Origin: Craspedostauros australis
Lineage: Eukaryota
Assembly: GCA_030167865.1 (NCBI GenBank)
Contig: JALAGF010000383.1
Span: 110,480 to 130,479, forward strand
Length of the DNA stretch: 20,000 nucleotides
Direction of reading: 5' to 3'
Part shown: piece after piece, positions 19,101 through 20,000 of the stretch
Position numbering within the stretch: position 1 is the stretch's first letter
Layout of the letters: each line of letters begins with the position of its first letter
Made by a program: the position numbers and the translations under genes
Notes under the pieces: generated by a model
What the model was told of the DNA's origin: nothing
Databases searched by the model: none
What the model saw: the letters and a program-made list of their open reading frames with translations, nothing else

Positions 19101-19442
19101 TCATCGAGAGGCGCGGCTTGACATGTCACGATTCCTGCGAGCATGATTCTTGATGAGCATGCGGAAAACGAACATGCATCCTGCGTCAGGATCCACCTCC
19201 ACCCAACAATCCATCGCCTCTGCGAATCGGAGGAACCTGCCACCACGACGATGAACGTTGGTCGTGATGAGGCGTACGCTTGGCCAGACCTTGTGGATAT
19301 GATTCGCATCGATCTCCTTCGTTTCCACAATGGCATCCGCCATCAGCATGGCCATCCCCATCGTTCTTGGAACACGTGGCCTGGACGGCTCCTGCGCCGA
19401 GCTGGTGATGAGGACATCGGCCTGGTTGATCTTGATCGGCAT
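19101..19442 (-). CDS. Divergent DUF6824-like small protein (113 aa), possibly a pseudogene
   Basis: MPIKINQADVLI...VRLITTNVHRRGGRFLRFAEAMDCWVEVDPDAG resembles the diatom-expanded DUF6824 pattern 'xDVL.GRG...IV..I...GGRFL......W.EV...A..KV...L'. The GGRFL and W.EV blocks are intact, while GRG and H.GN are degenerate. A CA-rich UTR-like sequence lies upstream on the minus strand. Confidence 0.6.
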   Translation of the reverse strand: MPIKINQADVLITSSAQEPSRPRVPRTMGMAMLMADAIVETKEIDANHIHKVWPSVRLITTNVHRRGGRFLRFAEAMDCWVEVDPDAGCMFVFRMLIKNHARRNRDMSSRASR

Positions 19443-19561
19443 GGGCAAGACTTCGGTTGCTTGATGTATGGTGCGCAAAGGGAGAGAGATTGGTTGCGGC
19501 AGTGCAAGCATGTGCGTGATGGGGGTCAAGACGGTTTGATTTGTGTGAAAGTACGGCCTTC

Positions 19562-19637
19562 GTGTCAAATGCACAGATAACCACTATGCTACTATGTGTA
19601 CACATAGTAGCATAGTGGTTATCTGTGCATTTGACAC
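19562..19637. repeat. Perfect 76-bp palindrome (38-bp arms, no spacer) flanked by TTC direct repeats
   Basis: GTGTCAAATGCACAGATAACCACTATGCTACTATGTGT|ACACATAGTAGCATAGTGGTTATCTGTGCATTTGACAC, centred between 19599 and 19600. TTC occurs at 19559-19561 and 19638-19640. Confidence 0.97.
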
Positions 19638-20000
19638 TTCGAAGTTGTGACCTTGTGAGCTATGATTACTATTATTATTATTGTGAGATTGTGAGGTTGT
19701 GAGGTCGCAAATAGCCACCCACGCCCCACACGAATTTGTGGGCTGATGTCCAACCCTCTCTTGTTCAGATTGTGGGACTGCGTGATTGCAGGGATCGCGG
19801 GAAAGAACAAACGAGGGAAACTGTTCGCTCCTGCCTTTCCGTCGTCCGAGTGTTCTTCATCCAATCAGCAACTTGTTCTCGTTTTGCGTGTTTCCAAGCA
19901 ATGGCGATCCTGCTACTATGAGCCCGATCAGTGAGTCGACCTGCACTCCGTTATTGGCCTCCAGAAATTTTAGCTTGGATATCCCAACCAAGAACATATT

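Noticed and set aside
19143-19580. 145-aa plus-strand ORF
   Set aside because: It has no recognisable motif and overlaps the better-supported minus-strand DUF6824-like frame.
1-20000. tRNA, rRNA, CRISPR arrays and prokaryotic operon or defence systems
   Set aside because: None were recognisable by eye, and the window is clearly eukaryotic. A tRNAscan/Infernal run would be needed to exclude small RNAs formally.

Overview
This is eukaryotic nuclear DNA, most likely from a diatom. That assignment is inferred from the GT-AG introns, the eukaryotic proteasome genes and a DUF6824-like gene. Nine compactly arranged protein-coding genes are supported. (1) Phytochelatin synthase on the minus strand; it runs off the left edge and is absent from the ORF track. 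(2) A signal peptide + transmembrane + RING-H2 E3 ligase. (3) An atypical short-chain dehydrogenase (SDR). (4) A CBM9-like protein. (5) Proteasome lid subunit RPN3, two exons. (6) A DOT1-like methyltransferase. (7) A two-exon PIF1 helicase. (8) 20S proteasome subunit PSMB2/PRE1, two exons. (9) A divergent DUF6824-like ORF. Three observations stand out. First, the PIF1 protein is flanked by an RNase H1-type hybrid-binding domain and a Pol-beta-type 8 kDa HhH/lyase domain. Second, the two proteasome genes share an ordered set of upstream motifs, a candidate proteasome-regulon element. Third, a perfect spacer-less 76-bp palindrome flanked by TTC direct repeats lies just upstream of the DUF6824-like gene. 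All domain calls come from motif recognition by eye, not database searches.
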